Below are positions 49,760 through 59,856 of a stretch of 64,000 bases of DNA, piece after piece. This stretch comes from an uncultured Eubacteriales bacterium (GTDB lineage Bacteria; Bacillota; Sulfobacillia; Fermentithermobacillales; Fermentithermobacillaceae). Position 1 is the first letter of the stretch. Every line of letters starts with the position of its first letter. The notes below the pieces were generated by a model, which did not search any database, was not told where the DNA came from, and saw only the letters and a list, made by a program, of their open reading frames with translations. Location of the stretch: assembly GCA_964406505.1 (NCBI GenBank), contig CAYORX010000003.1, positions 5,719 to 69,718 on the forward strand, in the 5' to 3' direction. The position numbers were made by a program, and so were the translations under genes.

Positions 49760-50365
49760 TTAGTCTGTGATTCCTTCCAAATATGACTTGACCAGTATTT
49801 CTAGATGTTCGGGGTTCTCATCAAAAAGCAAAATTCCATTCCTAAGTTGTTCCAACGTTTCTTTATGTAAAATAAGAAATTCTTTTAAATTATTGTAATC
49901 TTGGACGATAAAGTTTTTGTCAGCACTTTGCCCCCTAAATACCACCACTCGGCCGCGGTATATTTTTATGAAGCGATAACAACTATGATTAGGGCACCAT
50001 TCATCAATGGTTTTTACAAGATTGATCATCGTATCGTGTTGCTGTTCAATATGCCAATCATCAGATAAAGAGGCAAAGAAAGAATCCAGTTGGGCGTTAT
50101 TTATATCTGTTGTGGTAGTAACTGTATCCCCGCATTTACTATATCTCGTTGTATAGACCACTTTAATGGTCGATGGTATCGGATCGGTACTAGGTACAGA
50201 AAATATGAAGTACGAAATTAAAGACTTACCGCAAATGATTCCGGCGAATAACACTACGACAAACAATGCTATCGTCTTATACAATTGGAAATGCTTGTTT
50301 TGCACTTTTCCCTCCCTCCCGGTAGATTTAGGTTCCCCAGGAAAGAGGGGCATATGCACAATCAA
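49760..50365 (-). CDS. BofC-like sporulation protein (putative)
   Basis: It holds the syntenic position of B. subtilis bofC (upstream of ruvA). N-terminal hydrophobic segment. The family call is tentative. Confidence 0.35.
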   Translation of the reverse strand: MIVHMPLFPGEPKSTGREGKVQNKHFQLYKTIALFVVVLFAGIICGKSLISYFIFSVPSTDPIPSTIKVVYTTRYSKCGDTVTTTTDINNAQLDSFFASLSDDWHIEQQHDTMINLVKTIDEWCPNHSCYRFIKIYRGRVVVFRGQSADKNFIVQDYNNLKEFLILHKETLEQLRNGILLFDENPEHLEILVKSYLEGITD

Positions 50366-51112
50366 TTAGCGGTTTTCAAGCAGTAACTCATCGGGTACGT
50401 CAAAATTAGCATAAACCCTAGATACATCATCGTGAGATTCAAGCAGATCCATTAGCACCAGCACCTTTGATGCTTCATCACCATCTAAGTTAACGTGTGT
50501 TTTTGGCACCATCGTTAGTTCTGCAGTCTGTATTTTTGCTCCGGCAGCCTCTAATGCTTCTTTTACATCCTCCAAATCTGATATCTCAGTATAGATTTCA
50601 TAACAATCATCTTCTATTTGCATATCAAGAGCACCAGTTTCGATACAAATTTCAAGCGCTTTTTCTTCTGTGAAATTTTCTTTATCTAAGGCAACGAAAC
50701 CTCTTTGATCGAAGATCCAAGCAACAGATCCAATTTCAGCTAATTTGCCGCCATGTTTGGAAAATATATGCCTGAACTCCGAAGCGGTTCGGTTTCGGTT
50801 ATCAGTGGCAACTTCGACTAAAATAGCGGTGCCACCCGGACCATATCCTTCGTAAGTTAACTCTTCGATAATTCCCCCGGCAAGTTCACCGGTTCCGCGT
50901 TTAATGGCACGCTCAATGTTGTCAGCGCTTACATTCGATTGCTTGGCTTTGTCAACTGCCAGTCTAAGTCTAAAATTTAGATCGAGATTGCCGCCACCTT
51001 CACGTGCTGCGAGCATAACATCCCTTACTGCCTTAGATATAATTCGCGAACGTTGCGCGTCCATTCTTTCCTTCTTACGTTTAATGTTTGACCATTTTGA
51101 GTGTCCGGCCAA
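50366..51112 (-). CDS. yebC: YebC/PmpR-family transcriptional regulator
   Basis: MAGHSKWSNIKRKK N-terminus. Confidence 0.95.
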   Translation of the reverse strand: MAGHSKWSNIKRKKERMDAQRSRIISKAVRDVMLAAREGGGNLDLNFRLRLAVDKAKQSNVSADNIERAIKRGTGELAGGIIEELTYEGYGPGGTAILVEVATDNRNRTASEFRHIFSKHGGKLAEIGSVAWIFDQRGFVALDKENFTEEKALEICIETGALDMQIEDDCYEIYTEISDLEDVKEALEAAGAKIQTAELTMVPKTHVNLDGDEASKVLVLMDLLESHDDVSRVYANFDVPDELLLENR

Positions 51113-51115
51113 ATG

Positions 51116-51877
51116 TCATTCCTCCTTAAAATTATAGTTTCTTTCACATAAAATCGGATTTGGCGGAAGGTTTCTTTTGTGTGCACTTTTTTTATGCATT
51201 TGTAGAATTTTGGCTTCAGCATCTTTCGGTATTTCCTTGTCCCTAAGATAGGCATCTAAATGTTCATAAGATACGCCCATTTCCTGCTCATCAGTTTGGC
51301 CTTCCCATAGTCCGCCTGAAGGTTGTTTAGCTAAAATTTTTTCGGAAATCCCGTAATGTTTGGAAAGCTGCCTTACCTCGTATTTTGTAAGTCCGATTAG
51401 GGGTAATAAATCGACACCACCATCGCCATATTTGGTGAAATAACCGACAAAATATTCACTTTGGTTAGTAGTTCCTACCACGATATAATTCATTAAGTTT
51501 GCGTAATAATAAAGCGTTGTCATACGTAAACGAGGTTTAAGGTTAGCGTTGGCCATTATTTTATCATCTTTTGACCCGCCCACCATATTGATGAAACTAT
51601 CAAATAGTGGTGCAAGATCTAATACTTTATACTTACAATCAAAATGCTGCAAAATCTCAATAGCATCTTCAATATCCGTTTTTGCCGAATAACAAGGAAG
51701 AACTAGTCCCAGACAATTATCTTGCCACGCTTCTTTTGCAAGTGCAACTACTAACGCTGAATCTAATCCGCCCGAAACTCCGAAAACTCCTCCTTGAACT
51801 CCGGCTGAACTGCTAGTGTGTTTCATCCAATAGGATATTGCTTTTGCTGTTTTTGAGACATTTTTCAAAACAATCAC
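51116..51877 (-). CDS. nadE: NH3-dependent NAD+ synthetase
   Basis: PP-loop VSGGLDSA. Confidence 0.85.
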   Translation of the reverse strand: MIVLKNVSKTAKAISYWMKHTSSSAGVQGGVFGVSGGLDSALVVALAKEAWQDNCLGLVLPCYSAKTDIEDAIEILQHFDCKYKVLDLAPLFDSFINMVGGSKDDKIMANANLKPRLRMTTLYYYANLMNYIVVGTTNQSEYFVGYFTKYGDGGVDLLPLIGLTKYEVRQLSKHYGISEKILAKQPSGGLWEGQTDEQEMGVSYEHLDAYLRDKEIPKDAEAKILQMHKKSAHKRNLPPNPILCERNYNFKEE

Positions 51878-51942
51878 TCCGGATCAATTCTTTAAGAACA
51901 TTATGGTCCACAACTCCTAAGTTGTGAAGGCCTTAAAATCAT

Positions 51943-52593
51943 TTACTGATTATCGTAGGGGAGTGTTAGATAAGTATCTGGGACTTCGCCAGGAATAATC
52001 ACAGTAGTAAGGGGTACATCAACCGAGACGTAAGTTTTGGTTGAAATAAGTGGAATGACTATTTGTAAAGTAAAAGATGCATTCAAAAAAAGATCGTATT
52101 TTAACTGATTAATGCCGGTCACGTCAAATCTATCTAAGATTTTCACATCGACATAACCGTAAGGACACATGGCTACTTTAATTGTCGGACCTTTTGTAGC
52201 AAATATACGAGAGCCTAGTATTTGTCCTAATGGGATATGGAGCCCAAATCTTTGGAGGTCATTGACAGTGTTTTGCAGTAACGCTAAAACTTCTGATTGA
52301 ATTTCAGTTATGCATGCTGCATTTGTTTGCGTATATAAAAGTTTGCCGTTGGGATCAGTGTGGAAACTTAATAATTCTTTGTTCTCAAGAAGAGTGTCGA
52401 CGTGGGAATGTATCGCTTGTAAAACAGCTCTATTAGCGATAGCGATCACTTTTGTTTCTGAGATAGCTAACAAAGTGGGAACAATTTTCATTTCTATGTA
52501 AATAAAAACGCATACAAGTACAGATACAAATAGAACTACATATAATATGGGTTTTGGTTGTATTTTTTTGGTATTCAAAAACTTTTTGCTCAA
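51943..52593 (-). CDS. yunB: Sporulation protein YunB-like
   Basis: N-terminal TM plus a YunB-like domain. TTG start. Confidence 0.5.
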   Translation of the reverse strand: MSKKFLNTKKIQPKPILYVVLFVSVLVCVFIYIEMKIVPTLLAISETKVIAIANRAVLQAIHSHVDTLLENKELLSFHTDPNGKLLYTQTNAACITEIQSEVLALLQNTVNDLQRFGLHIPLGQILGSRIFATKGPTIKVAMCPYGYVDVKILDRFDVTGINQLKYDLFLNASFTLQIVIPLISTKTYVSVDVPLTTVIIPGEVPDTYLTLPYDNQ

Positions 52594-52681
52594 AATAATG
52601 AGAAGCCCCTTTCAGAACAGGTAGCATCTCATTGTTATGCAACAATATGTTTTAAAGTTCATATAAAAATGAAATATGAAA

Positions 52682-53914
52682 TTATTTTGCCGAAACTCTA
52701 CAAAAGCGTCGCTTGCCCACTTGAAGTAGCATCTCGTCTTTAATTCTTATCAAGGATGACGGATCATTGATTCTAACTTGATCAACTCTTACGGCACCGC
52801 TAGTGATCAGTCGGCGAGCTTCTGATGAAGAAGGTGCTAGGTTACATATGGCAAGCAGTTTGGCTAGTCCGAGTTTTTTACCAGATTTAAGCTCATCATG
52901 TTCGATCGTTTCTATGTTTTCAGGGAGCGCTCCTTGCCTGAAAACACGCAAAAAGTTGTCTTGCTCACTTTTCGCTTGATTCATTCCATAAAACTCAGCG
53001 ACAACTCTATTAGCCAATTCCATTTTCAAGTCCATGGGATGACGCTTACCCGTTTCCACATCTCGCATCATACTTTCTATAGTTGATTTCGGTTCCGCCA
53101 AAACCAACTCAAAGTAATCAGGCATTACTTCATCAGGGATAGACATAACCTTACCATACATATCTTCTGGTGCGTCAGTTACCCCAATGTAATTCCCTAA
53201 GCTTTTTGACATTTTCTCGGTGCCGTCAGTTCCTACAAGAAGAGGCATTGTAAGTGCTATTTGTGATTGTTGCCCAAATCTTGGCTGCAAATCCCTACCG
53301 ATCAGTAAATTAAAGGTTTGATCCGTTCCGCCCAGTTCGACATCTGCATTTATTGCTATAGAGTCGTATGCTTGAGCGATGGGATACAAAAATTCGTGAA
53401 TACCAATCGGATGACCGGCTTTAAACCGCTTGCTAAAATCATCGCGTTCAATCATGCGAGCCACGGTAAGCATAGACGCTAGGTTAACGATTTCTCTGAA
53501 AGTAAGGGGAGAAAGCCATGATGAATTGAACTCCACATGGGTCTTATCAGGGTCTAAGATTAAGGTAGCTTGTTCGTGGTATGTCTGAGCGTTAGCTTCA
53601 ATCTCTTCTTTAGACAATTGCCGTCGGGTTTTTGACCTTCCACTTGGATCTCCGATCAATCCTGTAAAATCACCTATTACGAAATATATTTCATGCCCTA
53701 ATTCTTGAAACTCCCTGAGTTTTCTCATAACCACCATGTGGCCAAGATGAATGTCTGGAGCACTTGGATCGACCCCAAGTTTCACTTTTAAAGGGCGTTT
53801 TTGTTCGATTGATTGTTCGATCTTGGATCTAAGCTCATCTTCAGTAACAACCATAGCAGCTCTTTGAGCGATTAAGTTAACTTGATGAGAAACTATTTCA
53901 TCTAATTTTGCCAA
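52682..53914 (-). CDS. tyrS: Tyrosyl-tRNA synthetase
   Basis: HIGH-type motif HLGH, KMSKS motif, and a C-terminal S4 domain. TTG start with RBS AGGAGGG. Confidence 0.85.
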   Translation of the reverse strand: MAKLDEIVSHQVNLIAQRAAMVVTEDELRSKIEQSIEQKRPLKVKLGVDPSAPDIHLGHMVVMRKLREFQELGHEIYFVIGDFTGLIGDPSGRSKTRRQLSKEEIEANAQTYHEQATLILDPDKTHVEFNSSWLSPLTFREIVNLASMLTVARMIERDDFSKRFKAGHPIGIHEFLYPIAQAYDSIAINADVELGGTDQTFNLLIGRDLQPRFGQQSQIALTMPLLVGTDGTEKMSKSLGNYIGVTDAPEDMYGKVMSIPDEVMPDYFELVLAEPKSTIESMMRDVETGKRHPMDLKMELANRVVAEFYGMNQAKSEQDNFLRVFRQGALPENIETIEHDELKSGKKLGLAKLLAICNLAPSSSEARRLITSGAVRVDQVRINDPSSLIRIKDEMLLQVGKRRFCRVSAK

Positions 53915-54119
53915 AGCGTAGACCCTCCTTGGGCTTTACGATTGATTATACCATTATAGATAAGGCTTAAAAAGTCAAGTAGCAAAGGTGGTATAATAAT
54001 GGCACTTAGTTGTATTGTTTCTCGTCTGATAACATAAAACCAGATATAATAATTTAATGATGTCGAATTTGATGGTCAAATATGATACTTGTAGCGCAAA
54101 ATGCTGGAGGTAGGAAAAC

Positions 54120-56222
54120 GTGGCTAGGAAAAAACGAACCAAGAAAGTTTTTCGGTTTTTTGACGTAATAATATATTTTAGTTTGACGGTCGTCCTAGTG
54201 GGTGCGGGTTTCGTAGTAGCTATAGGATTGTCAGCGATTAAAGATCTTCCTGCCCTTTCAAACCTAGAACCAGAAGCAAGTGAGATATCTATACTTTATG
54301 ATCGCAATGGAGACATATGGACTGAATTGAAATCAACAGAATATCGGATTCCCACAACTATTAAAACTATGCCTGACCATTTAGTTGATGCCGTTCTTGC
54401 GGCAGAGGATCACCGTTTTTATTCTCATCCTGGATTCGACCTCAGGGCAATTTTTCGCGCCCTATATCAAAACATAAAAGATGATTCTAGTTTGCAAGGT
54501 GGTAGCACTATCACCCAGCAGCTCGCAAAAATTGCATTTTTGGAATATGACAGGACTCTCAAACGAAAAATACAAGATGCCGTAGTGGCTACGCTTATGG
54601 AACGAAAGTATACTAAGCGAGAAATATTAGAAATGTATTTAAATCAAGTCAATTTCGGTCGCGGAGCGTATGGTGTAGAAGCTGCAGCAAGAGCTTATTT
54701 TGGCAAGTCTGTCTCAGATTTGAATGTAAGCGAATCTGCGTTTATCGCGGGTACAATACGAGCCCCATCTTATTATGGTGATAAATCTAATTTTGAACAG
54801 GCGCTTAATCGGCGAAATACTGTGCTTAATCAAATGGCCGAATATGGCTTTATAACTCAAGATGAAGCCGAAGCCTATAAAGCGAAACCTCTTAATATGA
54901 TTGATTACGAGCCTATGGTCGTCACAGAAGGTGGCTATTTTCTAGACTATATCCTTCAACAACTCCTTTCACGTTATCCTTCGGAACAAGTATACGGAGG
55001 CGGTCTGCGAGTTTATACTACCTATAATCCCAATGCACAAAAGGCAGCAGAATCAGCAATTAAAGAAGTGTTAGATCCGGTTTTTCCATATAATGCTGAT
55101 CAAGATAATATTGAAGCTGCTGCAGTCGTAATGGATGTTAGAACTGGCCATTTGTTAGCTCTCGTAGGCGGAAGGAGACATGAGGGTATGTTAGGCTGGA
55201 ACCGTGCCATCGATGCAAAACGACAACCTGGTTCAGCTTTTAAGCCTATCTCCGTTTATGTACCAGCGTTAGAGCAAGGTATGGGTCCTTATACTATTAT
55301 TGACGATGCGGCTGTTACTTGGGTAGAACCAACCACAGGCGAAAGGTTTTCGCCGAGAAATTACAGCGGTACATTTCAAGGTCCTGTTTCGATGAGATTA
55401 GGTGTTAGAGAATCGCTTAACGTAGTTGCTTGCAAGGTACAAGATATGGTAGGTCTCAAAAACAGTTTAGAATTTTCGGAAAAACTAGGGATTACTACTC
55501 TTGTAAAAACTCCAATTTCAGGTGGTCGATCAGATTTAACGAGATCATTAGCATTAGGTGGGCTTACTTATGGCGTAAGACCTTTAGACATGGTAGTTGC
55601 CTTCGGGACTATAGCTAACCGTGGAATCCAAGTTGAACCACTTTCTATACTTAAAGTTGAAGATAAAAATGGAAACATACTTGAAAAGCACGACACAAGC
55701 AGAAAAATTGTGATTTCTGAAGAATCTGCATACCTAATGACTAACATGCTTCAGGGTGTACTCACTGAATATGGAGGCACTGGACAGGCCGCTTATTTTG
55801 GTAGACCTGCAGCAGGAAAAACCGGTACAACCAGTGATTGGAAGGATGCCTGGTTTTCGGGCTATACTCCCAGCACAGTGGGCGTGGTATGGATGGGGTA
55901 CGATCAAGAAAAAACGATGTCGCAATGGAAAGTCACCGGTGGGACATATCCTGCCATGATCTGGAACAGAATGATGAAAACGATCACGTCTGAAATGCCC
56001 GAAGAAAACTTTATAAAACCACCGACCGTAGTTGAAGTCGAAGTTTGTAAACATTCAGGAATGTTACCTGGTCCCTATTGTCCTTCGGATAGTATAATTA
56101 AAGAGTTGGGGATCAAGGGTAAAACCCCCACTTCGGTTTGTGACTATCATCTTGATGACGAAGAACTTGATAATGATTCTAAAGAATATCTTGACGCTGA
56201 AATAAGTGAAATGGCGGATTGA
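54120..56222 (+). CDS. Class A penicillin-binding protein (glycosyltransferase + transpeptidase, PBP1A type)
   Basis: GT51 motifs (EDHRFYSHPGFD, GGSTITQQ) and TP motifs (SAFK, KTGTT). N-terminal TM. GTG start. Confidence 0.92.
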   Translation: MARKKRTKKVFRFFDVIIYFSLTVVLVGAGFVVAIGLSAIKDLPALSNLEPEASEISILYDRNGDIWTELKSTEYRIPTTIKTMPDHLVDAVLAAEDHRFYSHPGFDLRAIFRALYQNIKDDSSLQGGSTITQQLAKIAFLEYDRTLKRKIQDAVVATLMERKYTKREILEMYLNQVNFGRGAYGVEAAARAYFGKSVSDLNVSESAFIAGTIRAPSYYGDKSNFEQALNRRNTVLNQMAEYGFITQDEAEAYKAKPLNMIDYEPMVVTEGGYFLDYILQQLLSRYPSEQVYGGGLRVYTTYNPNAQKAAESAIKEVLDPVFPYNADQDNIEAAAVVMDVRTGHLLALVGGRRHEGMLGWNRAIDAKRQPGSAFKPISVYVPALEQGMGPYTIIDDAAVTWVEPTTGERFSPRNYSGTFQGPVSMRLGVRESLNVVACKVQDMVGLKNSLEFSEKLGITTLVKTPISGGRSDLTRSLALGGLTYGVRPLDMVVAFGTIANRGIQVEPLSILKVEDKNGNILEKHDTSRKIVISEESAYLMTNMLQGVLTEYGGTGQAAYFGRPAAGKTGTTSDWKDAWFSGYTPSTVGVVWMGYDQEKTMSQWKVTGGTYPAMIWNRMMKTITSEMPEENFIKPPTVVEVEVCKHSGMLPGPYCPSDSIIKELGIKGKTPTSVCDYHLDDEELDNDSKEYLDAEISEMAD

Positions 56223-56236
56223 TAAAAGTATTGTAA

Positions 56237-58609
56237 CTATCGTTTTAATTTTGCTATGGTAACCCCGCTTCCGCCTTCCGCGGGATGTCCTAGTCGGTAT
56301 TCGGCAACATATTTAGGTAAAGTTTCAAGATATTCTGTGACCGCTTTGCGTAAAGCGCCTGAACCTTTACCGTGAATTATCGTAACTTGGGACAAAGAAG
56401 CGATTATGGCATCATCAATATATTTCTCTAACATAATTAATGCTTCGTCACGTGTTGTTCCTCGCAAATCTATTTCCTGGGATACATCACATGCCTTTTC
56501 GTGTGCAAATTGGCTACTTGACTGTGATGTCTCAATCAAGGGTTGAGGTGTCTGTTTGGATTCACTTAGTTGATCTATTTTGGTTCTAAGTTTTAAAGCA
56601 CCTACCTGTACCACAACACCTTCGTCACCGTCGGTTTCCAAAATTCGACCCGGTTCGGAGAATCCTAATACTGCGACAGCCATACCCGGTTTAATTTCTT
56701 CTGTGTTTAAAACGCGTCCGCGCTCTTGGGCTAGTTCAGAAGGTTGATTTGTTAGCTCGATTTGTTTTTTCAATAAATGTTTACGAATTCGAGCCGCATC
56801 CGAGTATAGCTCGCCTGAAGTTTTATCTCGACTTTTTTTAATATCACGTAAGGTCTTTTCAAATTCAACCCTTGCTCTTGCTATAATCGACTGGGCTTCT
56901 TGTTTTGCTCTCTTAATGGTTTGTTTTTGTCGCGATTCTAAATCAAGAAGTTTGTTAGTGTATTCAACTCGAAGCTGTTTGTATAATTCATATTCTTTAG
57001 CCGCCTTTTCAGCACTTTCCCGGGCTTTACGTGATTCGATTTCCATATCTGTGATCAAGTCTTCAAGTTTAGCCACATCTTTGGGTATTTTTTCTTGAGC
57101 ACGTGTCAAAATCCTGTCATTTAACCCTAATCTGCGCGCAACTAAAAATGCATGAGACCTTCCGGGTCTTCCTACCGTAAGTTGGAATGTTGGAACCATA
57201 TTTATAGAATCCCATTCCATGCTTGCATTAGCCATTCCTCGGGTTTGTTGTGCCATTATTTTTAATTCATTGTAGTGGCTAGTAACTACACATAATGCAC
57301 CCGAATGATGAATTTCTTCGAGAATAGACAAAGCCAGGGCAGCACCTTCCCCTGGATCAGTTCCTGCGCCAAGCTCGTCGATAATTACTAGTTTGCCTTT
57401 TTTCGATGAATCCAAAATCTTTTTTATATTAGAAATATGCGCTGAAAACGTGCTTAAGTTTTGCTCGATAGATTGTTCGTCGCCAATATCGCACAAAATA
57501 CCTTTGATGTTTCCAATTTTGGTGTTCAAGTCGCAGGGGCAAGGCATGCCTGCCAGTGCCATTGCAACTAAAAGTCCGCAAGTTTTTAAGGCAACAGTTT
57601 TGCCTCCCATATTTGGACCTGTAATAACTACAGTTCGGGTATTGAATTCGCTTAACTCTATATCAAGAGGAACAGGAGTGCTTTTCAAAAGAGGATGCCA
57701 CGCCTTAATTAACGATAAGGAAAAACTATCTACCAACGTTGGAAAACACCCATTCCATTTTTGTGCGAGATTTGCTTTAGCCAATCCGAGGTCGAATTCC
57801 TCTAATGCTTTCACACCTTCTAAAAGTTCCCTACCTACAACACCGATCCACTTAGAAATTTCTACAAGAATTCTTTCAATTTCATCTCTTTCCCTGAGCT
57901 CAAGACGTTTTATTTGATTAGCTATTTCCAAAAGCTCAGATGGTTCCAAGAAGAGGGTCTGACCCGATGCTGATTGGTCGTGGACAATTCCCTGGAATCG
58001 TGAAACATATTCTTGTTTGATCGGAAGTACATATCTGCCATTCCGAATAGTGACTATGGGTTCTTGGAGATATTGCGATATGTTGTGCTGAGTCGCCAGT
58101 TCCTCGGCACGTTTTCTGAGCCTTGCTTGTTGTATTTTAAATGTTTTTCGAATAGATAACAACTCATCGCTTGCAGTATCCTTTACTTCACCTCGTTCAT
58201 CTACAATTTGAGCAAGCCGGGTTTTAAGTTGTGTTTGTTTAGGAAATTTTTCCCTTAATTTGTGTAGTTCATTGAATTCAGCATCTACACTTCCGATCCA
58301 ATTTGAAATTTTGCCACAAACGACTAAAAACTCAAAAACGTTAAGTAGATCAATTGGTGCAAGCATGGTTCCACGCATTGCCTTTAATATTCTACTGGTG
58401 ATATCCTTCACTTCAGAGATAGGTGGCTGTGGAGATTTTAGCAAAGCTTTGATTATTTGGCGCCCGGTTTCCTGCAGTGTTCTCGCGTCAGATACATTTA
58501 CTGGTACCATTTGTTTTGCTGCTACTTTACCCATAGGGGTTACAGCCTGAGCCGCTAGCATTTCTTGCATTTTTTCAAATTCTAAAATATCAAGTGTTTT
58601 GCGATCCAT
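56237..58609 (-). CDS. mutS2: Endonuclease MutS2 (MutS domains plus C-terminal Smr)
   Basis: Walker A GPNMGGKT and a C-terminal Smr domain (IDLRGTT...IIHGKGSGALR). The start at M61 of the ORF-track call matches the MutS2 N-terminus. Confidence 0.9.
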   Translation of the reverse strand: MDRKTLDILEFEKMQEMLAAQAVTPMGKVAAKQMVPVNVSDARTLQETGRQIIKALLKSPQPPISEVKDITSRILKAMRGTMLAPIDLLNVFEFLVVCGKISNWIGSVDAEFNELHKLREKFPKQTQLKTRLAQIVDERGEVKDTASDELLSIRKTFKIQQARLRKRAEELATQHNISQYLQEPIVTIRNGRYVLPIKQEYVSRFQGIVHDQSASGQTLFLEPSELLEIANQIKRLELRERDEIERILVEISKWIGVVGRELLEGVKALEEFDLGLAKANLAQKWNGCFPTLVDSFSLSLIKAWHPLLKSTPVPLDIELSEFNTRTVVITGPNMGGKTVALKTCGLLVAMALAGMPCPCDLNTKIGNIKGILCDIGDEQSIEQNLSTFSAHISNIKKILDSSKKGKLVIIDELGAGTDPGEGAALALSILEEIHHSGALCVVTSHYNELKIMAQQTRGMANASMEWDSINMVPTFQLTVGRPGRSHAFLVARRLGLNDRILTRAQEKIPKDVAKLEDLITDMEIESRKARESAEKAAKEYELYKQLRVEYTNKLLDLESRQKQTIKRAKQEAQSIIARARVEFEKTLRDIKKSRDKTSGELYSDAARIRKHLLKKQIELTNQPSELAQERGRVLNTEEIKPGMAVAVLGFSEPGRILETDGDEGVVVQVGALKLRTKIDQLSESKQTPQPLIETSQSSSQFAHEKACDVSQEIDLRGTTRDEALIMLEKYIDDAIIASLSQVTIIHGKGSGALRKAVTEYLETLPKYVAEYRLGHPAEGGSGVTIAKLKR

Positions 58610-59147
58610 ATCTGTTTTCAAGAATCCTCCGTATTTCTTTAATGGTTTCGTCTCTGAACTGCGTTTTATATAATTTTCGCATTCTTGTGCGGATGTTGTA
58701 AATTTCACCCTTTCTTTCTTGGTCCAGGAAATCAGTGGCCGCCTTAGGTCTTTCAATGAAACGCCCGATTTCAGTACCTTCATTATCAAACAGCACGAAT
58801 ATCGGAATAATTCTTTTGCCGTTCGTAAGGTACAGATCCATGATATCTAAATTATCATCTCTTGAAAACACAAGCAGCCGGAAGCAAGGATATAATGAGC
58901 ACAATTTAGCTACAATGGGTAAGTTTTCAACGCAATCACCACACCATGGTTCAGAAATTGCTAAAATTTTAACTGTTTGTGGAGTTAGGATTTTGGATAG
59001 ATGGACAAAGTAATGATGATCTTTGGATTTTATTTCGGTTTCATGGTAATTTTGCTTCATCGTAGGTACATTTAGTTGCGTATTTTCGAGGTACTTGTCA
59101 AAGGACATGGCTTTTAAAATCCATTCTTGCTTGAACTTGAATCGCAT
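58590..59147 (-). CDS. Thioredoxin-fold protein (WCGDC active site)
   Basis: ISEPWCGDCVENLP motif. Confidence 0.6.
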   Translation of the reverse strand: MRFKFKQEWILKAMSFDKYLENTQLNVPTMKQNYHETEIKSKDHHYFVHLSKILTPQTVKILAISEPWCGDCVENLPIVAKLCSLYPCFRLLVFSRDDNLDIMDLYLTNGKRIIPIFVLFDNEGTEIGRFIERPKAATDFLDQERKGEIYNIRTRMRKLYKTQFRDETIKEIRRILENRYGSQNT

Positions 59148-59191
59148 AAGATTTAACCCCCAAGTAAGTATTAGACTGTTAAGATTATCAT

Positions 59192-59806
59192 CTATTTGGG
59201 GGCCGTTCGCGAAGTGTTTGTAATTTTTAGCGGTTCAGTTATTTCTCGGTATCTTTGTCTTAAACGTTTGGATGATAACGCCATCATATCATTAATTCTT
59301 GAAAGCTCACTGATGTTTACGTCTTCAATGGTTACAGGCTGTGCCTCTTTTTTAAATATAACTGATACTTGACCAGTAGGTTCAAGTACAGCTAGCGACA
59401 CATCTTCCACGCGTTCTACACCTTGTTGGCGAAGCACGATATGTAAGTCTGATAGCGAAACCCGTTCCTTTTTACGATTGTCGTGAAGTATTCGCCCATT
59501 GACTACAAGCGGAGTTGACATTCCTTGAGTAACTTTTTCTGCTCCTCGCCAATGCAAATTTATAACGGTTAGCAAATATTGAAAAAAAGAAAGGATTAAA
59601 ATTGGTACGACTCCATTCCATAAACTAATGCTTTCTTCTTCCAGAGGCAAAGCGGCCGCCGAACCGATGATGATCATAACCGTCAAATCAAACGGTGCAA
59701 GTTGAGCTATTGATCTTTTCCCCATTACCCTAACTGCAACCAAAGTAATAAAAAACATTGCAACGGATCGAAAAGCAAATAGTTTAAGTAGTTCGAGATC
59801 CGGCAA
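59192..59806 (-). CDS. DUF421 (YetF/YdfS-family) membrane protein
   Basis: N-terminal TM helices, a GKRSIAQLAPFDLTVMIIIGS motif and a C-terminal soluble domain. Confidence 0.65.
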   Translation of the reverse strand: MPDLELLKLFAFRSVAMFFITLVAVRVMGKRSIAQLAPFDLTVMIIIGSAAALPLEEESISLWNGVVPILILSFFQYLLTVINLHWRGAEKVTQGMSTPLVVNGRILHDNRKKERVSLSDLHIVLRQQGVERVEDVSLAVLEPTGQVSVIFKKEAQPVTIEDVNISELSRINDMMALSSKRLRQRYREITEPLKITNTSRTAPK

Positions 59807-59856
59807 TTTATCTACCTCCGAACGCCGTAATAAATTTTGATGGTCATGAATCGGTT

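Noticed and set aside
51025-51255. 76-aa basic ORF spanning the yebC-nadE junction
   Set aside because: It overlaps both flanking, well-supported genes on the same strand in other frames.
53915-54119. Possible T-box leader upstream of tyrS
   Set aside because: No AGGGTGGNACCGCG T-box sequence or specifier or antiterminator architecture was found. Tandem TATAAT elements sit about 40 nt from the RBS, leaving too short a leader.
58610-58789. 60-aa N-terminal extension of mutS2
   Set aside because: MutS2 homology begins at MDRKTLDILEFEK. The extension overlaps the thioredoxin-like gene.
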